Assembly (NCBI GenBank): GCA_965230895.1
Contig: OZ246394.1
Location: 1,377,887-1,441,886 of the forward strand
Length of the DNA stretch: 64,000 nucleotides
Origin: an uncultured Gammaproteobacteria bacterium
Lineage (GTDB): Bacteria > Patescibacteriota > Microgenomatia > Levybacterales > UBA12049
Direction: 5' to 3'
Shown here: positions 62,779-64,000 of the stretch, in pieces
How the letters are laid out: each line of letters opens with the position of its first letter
How positions within the stretch are numbered: the first letter of the stretch is position 1
Notes under the pieces: generated by a model
Seen by the model: only the letters and a program-made list of their open reading frames with translations
The model's database searches: none
What the model was told of the DNA's origin: nothing
Translations under genes and position numbers: made by a program

Positions 62779-63540
62779 TTAAAAGTTGGGAATAGCTATA
62801 AAGGTCACCGTATTACTATAGCCGCTAGGAGGTTGCGTGCCTGAAATATTTACTTTATAGGTGATCTTGGTGTTGGTTGTGGGTTTAGCTTGTTGGTTCA
62901 GTATAATTGACTGTAAAGTTTCCTTAGCGGAGATGTCTGCAAACTGCTTGAACGTATTGGTATTAGAAAAATCATTGCCGCAAACTTCTGTAGCCTCGCT
63001 ATCGCATCGAAATCCGAAGCCATATGTTAGAGAATTCTCCCAGTTTGCTGGAATTGTTTGGGTACACGTCCCGTTGTCGCAGGTAGTATCAGGCAGAAAA
63101 GTATTTTCTGTATTTAAAAATGGGTGATTCTCATAAGCAAAAATCTGACCTCCATAAAGAGGAGAAGTAAAGGCTAAATCAGAAGTTCTTATAACCGGAT
63201 TTGTGGCCGTAAGTGCCCCAAAGTCAATAGTATTTTGTGAGATAGAGAAGCTAAAATAGTCATTTGTGCCTGCAATAGTATATGTTGGTTTCGTATCTAG
63301 CACGACTTTTGGAATAGTAGGCACAAATGGTAATGGTTGGTTTGTTGGTTTTACAATTGGAGGTGGTTTTGTTACTTCCGGAGCTCCAGGGTCAATCTCT
63401 TCAAATTCAATTGAATAATCTCCACTTGAAGATACAGCTGCAAATGTTTGAGAAGAAAGTTGAAAAAAGAGAAGAGAACATACACCCGCGACAATAAATG
63501 GTTTAATCAAGTTCTTTGGTTGAAGATTGTGGGTTAACAT
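62779..63540 (-). CDS. WxL-like / pilin-like secreted subunit
   Basis: Signal peptide; FSFSIS..IDFGAL, YGFGF, C-terminal PSGYSNTVTFIAIPNF. Confidence 0.7.
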   Translation of the reverse strand: MLTHNLQPKNLIKPFIVAGVCSLLFFQLSSQTFAAVSSSGDYSIEFEEIDPGAPEVTKPPPIVKPTNQPLPFVPTIPKVVLDTKPTYTIAGTNDYFSFSISQNTIDFGALTATNPVIRTSDLAFTSPLYGGQIFAYENHPFLNTENTFLPDTTCDNGTCTQTIPANWENSLTYGFGFRCDSEATEVCGNDFSNTNTFKQFADISAKETLQSIILNQQAKPTTNTKITYKVNISGTQPPSGYSNTVTFIAIPNF

Positions 63541-63690
63541 ACCTCAATCGTAATTCATTTATGGCGAAAAGACAATTAGTTTTGCTAAAGATAGGAATGG
63601 AAATGAGTGAGAAACTAATGATTTGTTATAGTAATTGATTGATCTAAGTTCTACTTTTCTGCTTGAAATATGTATGTTATACTCCAGGGT

Positions 63691-64000
63691 ATGAGTAAAA
63701 ATGAAGCTAAATCAGATGAATTAAAATATGCTCCTAAGGCGATTGAGTTGAAATGGCAGTCTAAATGGCAACAGGAGAAAGTCTATCAGCCACAACTTGA
63801 TTCTGCTAAGCTTCAAGATAGGCACAAATCAGCCTCAAAAGATAGAAATCGATTTGAAGGTGATTTAGCCTCAAAACGTCCGGTCAAAGGAACTCCTTTT
63901 TACGATCTAACCATGTTTCCATATCCTTCAGCCGAGGGCTTACATGTTGGTTTTAGTTTTACATCCGCTGGGATTGACTCATATGCACGATTTAAGAGGA
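63691..64000 (+). CDS. leuS: Leucyl-tRNA synthetase, 3'-truncated by the window edge
   Basis: Y.PKAIELKWQSKW, FYDLTMFPYPSAEGLHVG, D.YARFKR; not in the ORF track because it runs off the end. Confidence 0.88.
   Translation, partial: MSKNEAKSDELKYAPKAIELKWQSKWQQEKVYQPQLDSAKLQDRHKSASKDRNRFEGDLASKRPVKGTPFYDLTMFPYPSAEGLHVGFSFTSAGIDSYARFKR

Overview
Bacterial chromosomal window of roughly 40% GC using genetic code 11. It most likely comes from a Patescibacteria/CPR organism of the Microgenomates type; this is inferred from an archaeal-style UMP kinase, an ATP-dependent DNA ligase, an unlinked intron-containing 23S rRNA, an orphan VirD4/TraG-like ATPase and giant fibre-like surface proteins. 1-35 kb is mostly housekeeping: trmB-like regulator, pyrH, recF, nnrD, fic, lig, EndoQ-like, pth, acyP, dsbA-like, trxA/trxB, GH13_18 phosphorylase, rpsA, radA, PIN/TRAM, GT2, rho and LysM-M23. 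It also holds a tRNA-Ala/23S/5S operon with no 16S, a 304-nt group I intron at 23S position 2500, a DnaA-box cluster, two sRNA candidates and a GC-richer island of small duplicated ORFs bracketed by structured RNA. 35-63.5 kb is a large cell-surface locus: three WxL-like/DUF916-like gene pairs, a degenerate PIN plus excisionase-type HTH pair, a 2527-aa repeat fibre protein and a TPR/O-antigen-ligase-like membrane protein. The most striking gene is a 1433-aa protein with two cytoplasmic Xer/integrase core-binding (SAM-like) domains and no catalytic domain, joined through one TM helix to an extracellular tailspike-like fibre. Its promoter overlaps a dif-like 28-mer at the edge of a 1.6-kb non-coding region. 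Many genes look leaderless. The window ends inside leuS. All family assignments come from motif recognition by eye; no database searches were run.
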